Shown here one piece after another: positions 1 to 10,044 of a DNA stretch of 64,000 nucleotides. Made by a program: the position numbers and the translations under genes. Source of the DNA: Candidatus Omnitrophota bacterium (GTDB lineage: Bacteria > Omnitrophota > JACPQZ01). The notes beneath the pieces are model-generated. The model ran no database searches, had not been told where the DNA came from, and was given only the letters and a program-made list of their open reading frames with translations. Every line of letters begins with the position of its first letter. Position 1 is the first letter of the stretch. The stretch lies in the NCBI GenBank assembly GCA_016190205.1, contig JACPQZ010000076.1, positions 4,632 through 68,631 of the forward strand, read 5' to 3'.

Positions 1-314
1 CCCTCCTCAAAGTGGAGCTCGCAGGAGGCTTCATGTTTGAGCAAGGCCTCGGGCAGTCTCACATTAAAATCCATATCGCCTCCGTCCCAAACAATGTGTA
101 CGGGTTCCAGGGCGCGCCGCCAGAGCGCCTCCGCGCGGGCCCTCAAGACATCCCCGGCCTGGGCGGCGCGCCCAAGCGGGGCACCGAGCGCGCATAAGAC
201 TGCCAGGAGCGCCTCTTCGTCCGCACGCTTCACCCTTCCAAACGCGTCGCGATAGGCGGTCAGGACGCCGCAGGATTCGGCCAGGCGGTCAAGATCCGAC
301 TTAAACAGGTGCAT
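1..314 (-). CDS. malQ: 4-alpha-glucanotransferase (amylomaltase), N-terminal part, runs off window
   Basis: Manual translation from ATG 314: MHLFKSDLDRLAESCGVLTAYRDAFGRVKRADEEALLAVLCALG, typical MalQ N-terminus; lies in the glucan cluster. Confidence 0.75.
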   Translation of the reverse strand, partial: MHLFKSDLDRLAESCGVLTAYRDAFGRVKRADEEALLAVLCALGAPLGRAAQAGDVLRARAEALWRRALEPVHIVWDGGDMDFNVRLPEALLKHEASCELHFEE

Positions 315-323
315 GGACCCGTC

Positions 324-3300
324 TCACGCCCCGTCCGACACAAGGTCCAAGATGGCCTGGAGGGGAATTCCGGCCCAGTCGGGTCTATTGTTGAGCTCAT
401 ACGAAAGCTCGTAAAACGCCCGTTCGAGGAGATACGAGTCCAGGAGATTTCTGACCTCGTCCCGGGCGCGCGGGAGGAAGGCGGCCTCGCGCGCCGTTTG
501 AATATAGGACTTTAAAAATGCGGCGCTTACCCATTCGTACCAAAGCGCGCTCCAGGGCTCCACGAGCGCGAGGTCCTGCGCGTGGGAGACCGCCCTTCCC
601 TGCCCCCCGTTTCCGGAAAAGGTAAGATACGCCACGGAGGCCGCGTAATGAAATGACCGGATCATACCGGCGACATCCGAGAGCGGCGAGCGCTTGAGAC
701 GCCGCTCGGTCAAAGAGCGCTCGGGCTCGCCCTCGAAGTCCATGATCACAAAATCCTTGCCGCTCGTCGCGAGCACCTGACCGAGGTGGTAATCGCCGTG
801 ACAGCGGATTCTCTGGGCCGTGATCCGTGCCCCCCGCAGCCAGTTAAAGCGCTTGGCGACTTCGGGTGCGAACGTCAAGAGCCGCTGGGCCTTCTCCCCC
901 GCCGCGCCGGTCAGGGAGGATTGGTGTTTCCGTAAAAGCTCCAGCCCCTGGCTCACGGTCCCGCTCATGGATTGGTACATGGCGCGCTGGTAGAATGGTG
1001 TAAAGGGCTCGGGATCAAACGCAGGATCCCCTTTGCTCAAGGCGAGCGCCTGGTGGAGCTCGGCCGTCCGCTTGCCCAAAAGCGACACGGAATCAAGATA
1101 GGGACCGATCATCTCGATGGCGGTCGAGCTCACGGGTTCGTCTACCAGCGCGATGAGCGGCTTTCCGGAACGCGACGCCCCCTGCGACACCTTGACGGAC
1201 GCAAGCGCGCGCTCATAAAAACGGCTCAAGGCGTCCAGGGCAAGCGACCAGGTGTCGCCCTGGTTGGCCGCATAACCCTGAAGGACTCCGAGAGTTAGGG
1301 GCTCACCGCGTTCACCGCGCTTAAACTCGAGATAACCGGCCACGGGCGGCACATTTTTAAACGCAGTGCGTTCAGTTAGAAACTTTCCGATCTCGAGGTC
1401 GGGATTCATGCCCTCCTGCACGCGGCGGAAGAGCTTAAAGATCGAGAGTTCCCCGTACACGATGGAGGTATTGCTCTGCTCCGAGCCCAGGACGCGGGGT
1501 TCCAGGGCCGCATCCGTCAACCCGTGCAGGGCGCGCAAGGCAGGGGTGGGAATCGATGCGAGCTCCCCCGTGGAACCCTTAAAGACGCGCCGCTTCTCGA
1601 TGGCCCCCAAGACAAACCGGCAAAACTCCGTATCGTAGACGGCGTCGACCAAAAGCCCCTCGGCCTTGGATTCGCGCACGACGCTCAACACGGAACCCGG
1701 AGAGACCTCCTTCACCTTGGCCGCCCTCTCCCCCGTAATAAAGGAAAGGGGGAGGCTGTATAAATCGGGCTCGCCTTCCACAAAATGGACGCGCACGAGG
1801 GCGATGACCGATTGCGGCCTCATCACGATCACCTCCACAATCTCCGCAGAAAGGACCGTCCTGGCCTTTCCGGCAAACCACCTCCGGCCCGCGAGATAGG
1901 AGGGTAAAAGGTCTTCCAGGGCGCGCTTCGACTTGCCTCTGAAAAGGGTCTGCCAGCGTCCCGAGGTCTCGAGCACCGGGACCCCGGGCTCCCGCATTTC
2001 CGCAAGGCCCTTCCCCCCTCCCGCAGATTCCAGTGAAAACCAGTAGAAGGAATGCGGCCCCAGGGTCACGGTGTACGGGGCGTCCGTGATCGCGGGAAAT
2101 TCCGTGCGGCCGAAGAGCTCCACCGGAAGGGCGCCCTTATACGCCGATAGATCCAGCGTGGCGTACTGCACGAAGCGCGAAAGATTCGCCACGACCAAGA
2201 TAATTTCGCCCTCATGCGCGCGCACAAAGGCCAGGACCTTCGGGTTTTGCGGAATGAGGAGCTTGAACGAGCCCCTGCCGAAAACCGTATGCCTCGCCCG
2301 GATGGCGAGGATGCGCTTCATCCACCTCAAGAGCGAATGCGGATTTTTCTCCTGGGTCTCGACGTTTACGGCCTCATAATGCGACGCGGGATCGATAATT
2401 ATAGGAAGATAGAGCCTTTGGGGATTGGCGTGGGAAAAGCCTGCGTTCTGGTCGGCGCTCCACTGCATGGGGGTGCGCACCCCGTTGCGGTCTCCCAGAT
2501 ACACGTTGTCCCCCATGCCGATCTCATCGCCGTAGTAAATGACCGGAGTTCCCGGGAGGGATAAAAGCAGGCCGTTTAAGAGCTCAATGGTGCGGCGGTG
2601 GAAACCCAAAAGGGGCGCGAGGCGCCTGCGAATGCCTAAATTGATGCGCATCTCCTGCTCCTGGGCGAAGGCGCGGTACATGTAATCACGCTCCTCGTCG
2701 GTCACCATCTCCAAGGTGAGCTCGTCATGGTTTCTTAAAAAAATCGCCCACTGGCTGACTTTGGAAATCTCGGGCGTCTGCTCGAGGATATCCACGATGG
2801 GCTGGCGGCTCTCCTTGCGCAGGGCCATAAAGAGACGCGGCATGAGGGGAAAGTGAAACGCTATCTGACACTCGTCCCCCGACCCGAAATACTTGGCGGC
2901 GTCTTCCGGCCATTGGTTGGCCTCACCCAGGAACATGCGGTTTTTGAAGCGGGCGTCAACATGCCGGCGAAGCGCCTTTAAGAAATCATGGGTCTCGGGC
3001 AGGTTTTCACAATTCGTCCCCTCTTTTTCGAAAAGGTACGGCACGGCGTCCAGGCGCAGGCCGTCGACACCCAGCCCCAGCCAGAAATCGAGCACCCTTT
3101 TCACCGCCTTGACCACCAGGGGGTTCTCGTAATTGAGATCCGGCTGGTGGGAATAAAAGCGGTGCCAGTAGTAGGCCTTGGCGATAGGGTCCCAGGCCCA
3201 GTTGGAGGTCTCGAAGTCCTTGAAGATAACGCGGGCATCGCGGTATTTCTCCGGCGATTCGCTCCAGACATAAAACTGGCGGTAGGGGCTCGAGGGCTTT

Positions 3301-3710
3301 TCCCGACGGGCGCGCTTAAACCACGGGTGCTCATTGGAGGTGTGATTCAAGACAAGCTCCGTGATGACCCGCAGGCCCCGCCGGTGCGCCTCCCTTAAAA
3401 AGACGTTAAAATCCCTTAAGGAGCCGTAGGCCGGATGGACGTCCGTGTAATCCGCGATGTCGTAGCCGTCGTCTTTTAACGGCGAAGGATAAAAAGGAAG
3501 GAGCCACAGGGCCGTCACCCCCAGGTCCTGGAGGTAGTCCAGCTTCCGGGTGAGGCCTACGAAATCTCCGATGCCGTCTCCGTCGCTGTCCTGAAACGCG
3601 CGCACATGGAGCTCGTAGATGATGGCGTCCTGGTACCACAGCGGGTTGTCCGCGAGAAGCGTACTGGATGCCTTGGCACCGGCCTTGGCTTCAAGCTTGG
3701 GTTCAGTCAT
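324..3710 (-). CDS. treS: Trehalose synthase / maltokinase fusion (TreS-Mak)
   Basis: GH13 TreS motifs (GLRLDAVPYL, FLRNHDELTLEMVT, DRNGVRTPMQW) plus kinase-like C-terminal domain (EQSNTS, HGDYHLGQV, DFEGEP). Confidence 0.95.
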   Translation of the reverse strand: MTEPKLEAKAGAKASSTLLADNPLWYQDAIIYELHVRAFQDSDGDGIGDFVGLTRKLDYLQDLGVTALWLLPFYPSPLKDDGYDIADYTDVHPAYGSLRDFNVFLREAHRRGLRVITELVLNHTSNEHPWFKRARREKPSSPYRQFYVWSESPEKYRDARVIFKDFETSNWAWDPIAKAYYWHRFYSHQPDLNYENPLVVKAVKRVLDFWLGLGVDGLRLDAVPYLFEKEGTNCENLPETHDFLKALRRHVDARFKNRMFLGEANQWPEDAAKYFGSGDECQIAFHFPLMPRLFMALRKESRQPIVDILEQTPEISKVSQWAIFLRNHDELTLEMVTDEERDYMYRAFAQEQEMRINLGIRRRLAPLLGFHRRTIELLNGLLLSLPGTPVIYYGDEIGMGDNVYLGDRNGVRTPMQWSADQNAGFSHANPQRLYLPIIIDPASHYEAVNVETQEKNPHSLLRWMKRILAIRARHTVFGRGSFKLLIPQNPKVLAFVRAHEGEIILVVANLSRFVQYATLDLSAYKGALPVELFGRTEFPAITDAPYTVTLGPHSFYWFSLESAGGGKGLAEMREPGVPVLETSGRWQTLFRGKSKRALEDLLPSYLAGRRWFAGKARTVLSAEIVEVIVMRPQSVIALVRVHFVEGEPDLYSLPLSFITGERAAKVKEVSPGSVLSVVRESKAEGLLVDAVYDTEFCRFVLGAIEKRRVFKGSTGELASIPTPALRALHGLTDAALEPRVLGSEQSNTSIVYGELSIFKLFRRVQEGMNPDLEIGKFLTERTAFKNVPPVAGYLEFKRGERGEPLTLGVLQGYAANQGDTWSLALDALSRFYERALASVKVSQGASRSGKPLIALVDEPVSSTAIEMIGPYLDSVSLLGKRTAELHQALALSKGDPAFDPEPFTPFYQRAMYQSMSGTVSQGLELLRKHQSSLTGAAGEKAQRLLTFAPEVAKRFNWLRGARITAQRIRCHGDYHLGQVLATSGKDFVIMDFEGEPERSLTERRLKRSPLSDVAGMIRSFHYAASVAYLTFSGNGGQGRAVSHAQDLALVEPWSALWYEWVSAAFLKSYIQTAREAAFLPRARDEVRNLLDSYLLERAFYELSYELNNRPDWAGIPLQAILDLVSDGA

Positions 3711-3717
3711 GTTCCCT

Positions 3718-5760
3718 CTATTTTCCGGCGGGTTTTACAACGCGAAAGATGTGCGCCGGCTGGCTGTTGGGATCGAGCTTCACAAAATTACGCGCCCCCC
3801 GCCAGGTGTACACGGCGCCGCCCAAAAGGTCTTGGAGTTCATACGGCCGCGCGAGGTCAAGCCCGAGCGCCGCGAGGTCAAGCTCCACCCAGCCCGACTG
3901 CGCGTTCCGGGGATCGAGATTGACGATCACAATCACCGTCTCCCCCGAACCCGCGTCCTGTTTACTGTAGGCGATAAGCTCCTTGTTATCCGCCGGGTGA
4001 AACTTAAGGCTCAAATCCTGCCGCAAGGCCTGGCATTCCTTCCGGATCATGTTCACGCGCGTGATGAGATCGCAGAGGCTTTCTTTCCTTTCTATATCCC
4101 AGTGCCGGAGCTCGTACTTTTCGGAGTTCAGGTACTCCTCGCCCCCCTTTTCCCGCGGACGGCTCTCGCACAGCTCAAAGGCTGGTCCGTAAATACCGTA
4201 GTTGGCGCCCAGGGTCGCGGCAAGCACCAAGCGCGCGCGGAAGGCGGGGGGACCGCCGGACTGCAGGGTCTCGTGCAGGATATCCGGGGTATTGGGCCAC
4301 AGGTTCGGCCGGAAGAACTCGCGCACGGGGCTCTGGGTGAGCTCCGTGAAATACTGCTCGAGCTCGCGCTTCGTGTTGCGCCAGGTAAAATACGTGTACG
4401 ATTGCGTGAACCCCAGCTTGGCCAGGTGATACATGACCTTCGGCCGCGTGAAGGCCTCGGACAGAAAGATCACGTCGGGATGCTCCTTCTTCACCTGCGT
4501 GATGAGCCATTCCCAGAAGCGAAAGGGTTTGGTGTGGGGATTATCGGCTCGGAATATCTTGACGCCCTGATGAATCCAAAAGAGCACGATCCCTTTAAGC
4601 TCGAGCCAGAGCTTCTGCCAGTCTTCCGTCTCAAAATTAAAAGGATAGATATCCTCGTATTTCTTGGGGGGATTTTCCGCATACTGAATCGTCCCGTCGG
4701 GGCGTACGACAAACCAGTCCGGATGCGCCAGGCAATACGGGTGGTCGGGCGAAGTGTGAAAGGCGAGATCCAGGGCGACCTCAAGTCCCAGGGCCTTCGC
4801 CTGCGCCACGAACTTCCGGAAGTCTTCCAGGGTCCCCAGTTCGGGATGCACCGACTTATGCCCGCCTTCGGGGGATCCGATGGCCCAGGGGCTTCCGGGT
4901 TCCCCGGGGGCCGCCGACATTTCGTTATTCTTTCCCTTCCGGTTCGTGCGCCCTACGGGGTGAATGGGGGGAAGGTACACCACGTCAAAGCCCATCCCGG
5001 CAATATAGGAAAGGCGCGCCTCACACTCCGCAAAGGTGCCGTGCCGGGCCGGCTCCCTGCCCGCCGAGCGCGGGAAAAACTCGTACCAGGATCCGAACGA
5101 GGCCCTCTCCCAGTCCACCCAGACGCCCAGCTCACGGGGATAGCTCACCGCGCCTCTTCTGTCCGGATAGCGGTTCATCAGAAATTCCAGGTCGCCGCCC
5201 AAGGCAAGCTTGATCCGGATGTGCGGGGCGATGTCGCGCTCCTCCTTAAGACACCGCGCAAAATCGCGCAGGGACTCCTGGTCAGCCCCCTCGGCCCGCT
5301 GGGCGGCGGCCTCTACAAGAACTCCCCCCAGCGCGAGATCTGACGACACATCCACATCCGCCGCCACCTTCTTTTCCAGATCGCGCCTCCAGGTCGCAAA
5401 GGGATCCACCCAGGCCTCCACGCAATAAAGATACCGCCCCAGCTCGCCCAAGCGAAACGAGCCGCGCCACCTGTCGTTCGAGAGCTGGCCCATGGGCGAG
5501 CAGCGCCATTCCGGCTCCCGCTCATGCCGGTAAAGTATCTGGGCAGAAACCGTCCCGTCGCCGTCGGCAAAGATATCCGCCTCCACGTAAAGCTCCTCTC
5601 CAACCGTGCGCTTCACCGAAAAGCGGCCCCCGTCGATTTCCGGAGTGACCGACTCGATCACCATGCGGGAGGGACTTAAGGGCGGTACGGGGCCGGCGCC
5701 ACCCGAAGACCCCTGGTTCCCCGCTCCTCTTTCCGGATCCACGCGCGAAGGGCGGTTCAT
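3718..5760 (-). CDS. glgE: Alpha-1,4-glucan:maltose-1-phosphate maltosyltransferase
   Basis: SWYEFFPRS, YLPPIHP, GSPWAIG, AENPPKKYEDIYP, FRADNPHTKP, FTQSYTYFTWRN. Confidence 0.95.
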   Translation of the reverse strand: MNRPSRVDPERGAGNQGSSGGAGPVPPLSPSRMVIESVTPEIDGGRFSVKRTVGEELYVEADIFADGDGTVSAQILYRHEREPEWRCSPMGQLSNDRWRGSFRLGELGRYLYCVEAWVDPFATWRRDLEKKVAADVDVSSDLALGGVLVEAAAQRAEGADQESLRDFARCLKEERDIAPHIRIKLALGGDLEFLMNRYPDRRGAVSYPRELGVWVDWERASFGSWYEFFPRSAGREPARHGTFAECEARLSYIAGMGFDVVYLPPIHPVGRTNRKGKNNEMSAAPGEPGSPWAIGSPEGGHKSVHPELGTLEDFRKFVAQAKALGLEVALDLAFHTSPDHPYCLAHPDWFVVRPDGTIQYAENPPKKYEDIYPFNFETEDWQKLWLELKGIVLFWIHQGVKIFRADNPHTKPFRFWEWLITQVKKEHPDVIFLSEAFTRPKVMYHLAKLGFTQSYTYFTWRNTKRELEQYFTELTQSPVREFFRPNLWPNTPDILHETLQSGGPPAFRARLVLAATLGANYGIYGPAFELCESRPREKGGEEYLNSEKYELRHWDIERKESLCDLITRVNMIRKECQALRQDLSLKFHPADNKELIAYSKQDAGSGETVIVIVNLDPRNAQSGWVELDLAALGLDLARPYELQDLLGGAVYTWRGARNFVKLDPNSQPAHIFRVVKPAGK

Positions 5761-7895
5761 CGCAGCCTCTCCGTCATTCGAAATACGGCCAGGGAGTGGC
5801 CCGCCAGCTCAAATTGTGAACTGTGCTCTAAAGTCATGGAATCCGCCGCCGGCCTGGCCGTGTTGAGCGCGCAGTGCCAGGAAGCCTTCCGTGCCGCGGG
5901 AGGAAGATGGAACAGAACGGCATCGTTCGCGGAATTAGCGAGTATTAAAAGCTGGTCCTGCCCGGCCATAAGCGCCCCGAGACATCTCAACTCCTTGTCA
6001 GCCCACTCGGACTCTGTCATCTCCCTGCCCGAAGGCGCGAGCCACGTAATATCCTTTAACCCTGTGCCGGAGACAGGGACTCCTTCAAAGAAGGATGTCC
6101 GGAAGATGACCGCCTCGTCTTTGCGCAGGCGGATGACCCTGGTCACGAATTCGAGAAACTCTTTTTTTGCTTCATCCAAATCCCAATCCACCCACGTCAG
6201 AGGGCTGTCATGACAGTAGGCGTTGTTGTTGCCTTTCTGGGTGCGGCCCAGTTCGTCGCCGTGGGAAAGGAGCGGAACGCCCTGCGACAAGAGCAATGTG
6301 GCCATCAGATTACGCTTTTGCCGCTGTCTCAACGCCCGTACGTGAGGGTCCCGCGACGGACCCTCAACCCCGCCGTTTGAACTAAAATTCTCGCGATCGC
6401 CGTCGGCATTCTTTTCCTGGTTGGCCTCATTGCGCTTCTCGCTGTAACTCACCACGTCCTCCAGGGTAAACCCGTCATGCACCGTCACGTAGTTAATACT
6501 GGCTTGAGGCGTGCGTCCGTTCCGGCCAAAAAGGTCGCTCGAACCGGCCAGCCGGGTGGCAAACTCTCCTGCTGAACCCGCATCCCCCCTCCAGAAACGC
6601 CTCACCGCGTCGCGGTACCTTCCGTTCCACTCGGACCACCCGTGCGGAAAATGGCCCAGACGGTACCCGCCTGGTCCGGTATCCCAAGGCTCGGCCATCC
6701 ACTTGACCCCCGAGAGGGCCGCGTCGTCCCGGATGGAGCCGTAAAATTCAGCAAGCGCATCCTCACCGTCCAGACCGCGCGCCAGGGCCGGGGCCAGATC
6801 AAAACGGAATCCATCCACATGCATCTCCTCAACCCAATAGCGCAAGCTGTCCAGAACGAGCGCGCGCGTCCGCGGGTGCTTCATATTGAGGGTATTCCCG
6901 CATCCGGTGTAATCCACATAGGCGCGGGGATCATCCCCCCTGACCAGGTAGTAGCTTTTGTTGTCGATTCCGCGCAAAGAGAGGGTGGGTCCCAAGGGTC
7001 CTCCCTCCGCCGTGTGGTTATATACCACATCCAAAATAACCTCGATCCCCTCGCGGTGCAGGGCGCGGACCATGGTCTTAAACTCCCGCACCGCGTCCCC
7101 CGGCCCGCCCTGCAAGCCCCCGGCCGGGGCGGGTTCGGGCCTTGCGGTTGACGAAAACCGAATGTCCGGAGCAAACCAGCCCAGGGTGTTGTAGCCCCAA
7201 AAGTTCGTCAGCCCGACCTCTGCCAAATGCCGGTCCAGGGAGTGCTGATGGACCGGCATAAGCTCAACGGCCGTAACCCCAAGCTTCTTTAAGTGCCGGA
7301 TGGCCGGCTCGCTCGCCAGCCCCGCGTACGTCCCCCGCAGCTCCTTACGAACTTCCGGATGGAGCGCAGTAAATCCCTTGACATGCAGTTCGTAGATAAT
7401 CGACTTTTGCCACGGAACGAGGGGGGGTCTGTCCTCCTCCCAGTCAAAGGCCGGATCAATTACGAGCCCCAGGGCCGCACACTTCGCGCTATCGCGCCGG
7501 TCAAAGGCAAGATCCAGCCTGGGATCGCCGCTCCGGTACGCGAAGAGCTCATTACCCCAACGCGTGGCGCGCCCGACACCCCGCGCGTACGGATCAAAAA
7601 CCACCTTATGCGGGTTGAAACGGTGGCCCTTTCTGGGATCGTAAGGACCATGGACGCGATAGCCATAAAGCTGTCCCGGCCCCGCCGGGAGAGCGTAACC
7701 GTGCCATACCCCCTCATAAGGGCCGAAAAGCTGAAAGCGGTAAGTCTCGGAACGCGCGTCAGGGGAGTTAAAAAGGCAAAGCTCTACCTTTGTGGCATGG
7801 TCCGAAAAAAGCGCATAGTTTACCCCTGATCCGTCCCACGTGGCTCCTAAAGGATAAGGCCTTCCGGGCCGTATGCGGATCCGACGCTTGAAAAT
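5757..7895 (-). CDS. glgX: Glycogen debranching enzyme (isoamylase); frame is open 97 codons upstream of the track start 7604, probable non-canonical ATT start
   Basis: NFWGYN, DVVYNHTAEG, DGFRFDLA, HDGFTL, GNNNAYC; upstream in-frame CBM48 sequence PGRPYPLGATWDGSGVNYALFS..GQLYGYRVHGPYDP. Confidence 0.9.
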   Translation of the reverse strand: MFKRRIRIRPGRPYPLGATWDGSGVNYALFSDHATKVELCLFNSPDARSETYRFQLFGPYEGVWHGYALPAGPGQLYGYRVHGPYDPRKGHRFNPHKVVFDPYARGVGRATRWGNELFAYRSGDPRLDLAFDRRDSAKCAALGLVIDPAFDWEEDRPPLVPWQKSIIYELHVKGFTALHPEVRKELRGTYAGLASEPAIRHLKKLGVTAVELMPVHQHSLDRHLAEVGLTNFWGYNTLGWFAPDIRFSSTARPEPAPAGGLQGGPGDAVREFKTMVRALHREGIEVILDVVYNHTAEGGPLGPTLSLRGIDNKSYYLVRGDDPRAYVDYTGCGNTLNMKHPRTRALVLDSLRYWVEEMHVDGFRFDLAPALARGLDGEDALAEFYGSIRDDAALSGVKWMAEPWDTGPGGYRLGHFPHGWSEWNGRYRDAVRRFWRGDAGSAGEFATRLAGSSDLFGRNGRTPQASINYVTVHDGFTLEDVVSYSEKRNEANQEKNADGDRENFSSNGGVEGPSRDPHVRALRQRQKRNLMATLLLSQGVPLLSHGDELGRTQKGNNNAYCHDSPLTWVDWDLDEAKKEFLEFVTRVIRLRKDEAVIFRTSFFEGVPVSGTGLKDITWLAPSGREMTESEWADKELRCLGALMAGQDQLLILANSANDAVLFHLPPAARKASWHCALNTARPAADSMTLEHSSQFELAGHSLAVFRMTERLR

Positions 7896-7935
7896 AGGAA
7901 TCCTTGCCGGAGGAAATTAAGTTTGAAGACCGGTT

Positions 7936-8184
7936 TCAAACAAAAGTACGGGTGGTGCTGGCCGATTCTCTCCTGATTTCCCTCTCGGCCTGCAGCCAAT
8001 CTTGTTGAGCACTACCCTGCTGCCTGCCCTTCCGTTCCCAAATTGCGTACGCCCGCTCCCGAATTTTTTGTTCGAGTCTCGGTTCGCGTCTTTGCTGCGG
8101 AGCGGCCCCTTGATTCTGCGGAGCGCCCGGAGAGGCTGTCCACTCTCTTTCTCTTCTTGGCCGAGTTGCGACTTCCCTTTTCAT
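7936..8184 (-). CDS. DUF2934 family small protein
   Basis: IRERAYAIWERKGRQQGSAQQDWLQAEREI signature; AGGAGG 8 nt before ATG 8184. Confidence 0.85.
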   Translation of the reverse strand: MKREVATRPRREREWTASPGAPQNQGAAPQQRREPRLEQKIRERAYAIWERKGRQQGSAQQDWLQAEREIRRESASTTRTFV

Positions 8185-8203
8185 TTGACACACCTCCTTT
8201 TTT

Positions 8204-8242
8204 AGCTATGAGCTTTCAGCTTTCAGCCGACAGCTGATCGCT
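8204..8242. repeat. Heptamer tandem repeat (GCTTTCA family)
   Basis: gctatga gctttca gctttca gccgaca gctgatc; same family as 58386-58460. Confidence 0.65.
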
Positions 8243-8361
8243 CCTTACCTATTAATTGTATTGTGAAAACTGATGCTGGCACTTCATTATACCAAAGCCC
8301 GTATCTTTTTCTATGATATAGTGCTACAATAACGACTCAACCAACTATGGCATAACGAGTA

Positions 8362-10044
8362 ATGAAACCTCGAATTGCATATTTTTCAATGGAAATAGGC
8401 CTGGATAACACCCTGCCGACCTACGCGGGGGGGCTGGGCATCGTGGCAGGAGATACCATCTATTCGGCCGCAGACCAGGGGATTTCCATGGCTGCAGTCA
8501 CCCTGCTTTACCGCAAGGGTCATTTCCGGCAGACCCTGGAGGCGGATGGCACCCAACGCGAAGAACCAGTGACCTGGCCCATTGAAAATTATCTCAAGGA
8601 GTGCGGCCCGCGGGCCCAGGTAGAGATCGCGGGGCGGAAGGTCACCGTGCGGGCCTGGGAATACCAGGTAAAAGGACACGGCGGATTCGTCGTCCCCGTC
8701 TATTTTTTGGATACGGATCTCCCTGAAAATAGCGATGTAGACCGCGGGCTGACCGATGTCCTTTATGGCGGGGACGAGCGCTACCGGATCTCGCAGGAGG
8801 TGATCTTGGGGATCGGAGGCGTGCGCGTCTTGCGCGCGATGGGGTATGACTCCATCGAGCGTTTTCATATGAATGAGGGTCACGCGGCGTTTCTCGTGCT
8901 GGAACTTTTGCAGGAGCGGCTGCAGGCGACAAACCGCACTCAATTACAGGATGAAGATCTTGAAGCAGTAAGAAAGTCATGCGTCTTTACGACGCACACC
9001 CCCGTAGCTGCAGGCCACGACCAGTTCCCGCTCGCCCTGGCCCACGATGTGCTCTCCAGATGCCCCCTCCTCGGCAGAGAGGATCTCTGCAGCCATGAAG
9101 GCAAATGCAACATGACGTACCTGGCGCTGCGCTTCAGCCGGTACGTGAATGGCGTGGCCAAAAAGCACGCAGAGGTCACCCGGAATCTTTTCACTGAATA
9201 CCCCATTGACTCCATCACGAACGGCGTGCACGCGGTCCGCTGGACCTCGGAACCCTTCCAGGCCGTGTATGACCGATATATCCCGGGCTGGAGACAGGAC
9301 CACAGCCTCCTGCGCTATGCGATCCGGCTCCCGAGGAGGGAGCTTATCGATGCTCATGAAAAAGCTAAACTCGCCCTATTGGGTTACGTCGAAAAATGCA
9401 CGGGGTCGGTGCTCAAACCTGACGTCTTGACGCTGGGTTTCGGACGCAGGGCCACCGCGTACAAGCGCATGAACCTTTTGTTCCAGGACATGGAGCGTCT
9501 GCGTGCGATCGCGAAAGCGGAAACGCCGATTCAGGTTGTCTTCTCGGGTAAGGCCCATCCCATGGATGGGGAGGGAAAAGCCCTCATCAGGCAGATCCAC
9601 CAGGCCAAGGCGGAACTCAATGGTGCTATTCCCATCGTGTACCTTCCCGAATACAACATGGAGCTCGGAAAGCTCCTCACGTCAGGTGTGGACATCTGGC
9701 TCAACACGCCCCAGCCCCCGCTGGAGGCCTCGGGCACGAGCGGCATGAAGGCCGCCTTAAACGGAGTTCCTTCATTGAGTATCCTGGACGGCTGGTGGGT
9801 GGAAGGCTGCATCGAGGGCGTTACGGGATGGGCCATCGGTTCGAGCTCCCGAAATTACGAGCCCACCGTCTCAAACGACTCACGGTCTTTGTATGTGAAG
9901 CTGGAGAAGAAGATCTTACCCCTGTTTTACGAGAACAAGGAGCACTTTACCGACATCATGGCGCAATGCATCGCACTGAATGGTTCCTTTTTTCACTCAC
10001 AGCGGATGATCGAACAATATGTGGTCAAGGCGTATTATAAATGA
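8362..10044 (+). CDS. glgP: Alpha-glucan (glycogen) phosphorylase, short form
   Basis: AYFSME, YAGGLG, HMNEGH, RRATAYKR, EASGTSGMKA (PLP lysine), DGWW. Confidence 0.93.
   Translation: MKPRIAYFSMEIGLDNTLPTYAGGLGIVAGDTIYSAADQGISMAAVTLLYRKGHFRQTLEADGTQREEPVTWPIENYLKECGPRAQVEIAGRKVTVRAWEYQVKGHGGFVVPVYFLDTDLPENSDVDRGLTDVLYGGDERYRISQEVILGIGGVRVLRAMGYDSIERFHMNEGHAAFLVLELLQERLQATNRTQLQDEDLEAVRKSCVFTTHTPVAAGHDQFPLALAHDVLSRCPLLGREDLCSHEGKCNMTYLALRFSRYVNGVAKKHAEVTRNLFTEYPIDSITNGVHAVRWTSEPFQAVYDRYIPGWRQDHSLLRYAIRLPRRELIDAHEKAKLALLGYVEKCTGSVLKPDVLTLGFGRRATAYKRMNLLFQDMERLRAIAKAETPIQVVFSGKAHPMDGEGKALIRQIHQAKAELNGAIPIVYLPEYNMELGKLLTSGVDIWLNTPQPPLEASGTSGMKAALNGVPSLSILDGWWVEGCIEGVTGWAIGSSSRNYEPTVSNDSRSLYVKLEKKILPLFYENKEHFTDIMAQCIALNGSFFHSQRMIEQYVVKAYYK

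Noticed and set aside
324-3710. TreS-maltokinase fusion, LpxC-FabZ fusion and short EF-Ts as novelties
   Set aside because: All are well-known architectures in several phyla.
3619-5343. 574-aa + strand ORF and other long antisense ORFs (51043-51906, 37507-38292)
   Set aside because: Shadow frames of GC-rich conserved genes with no recognisable motifs.
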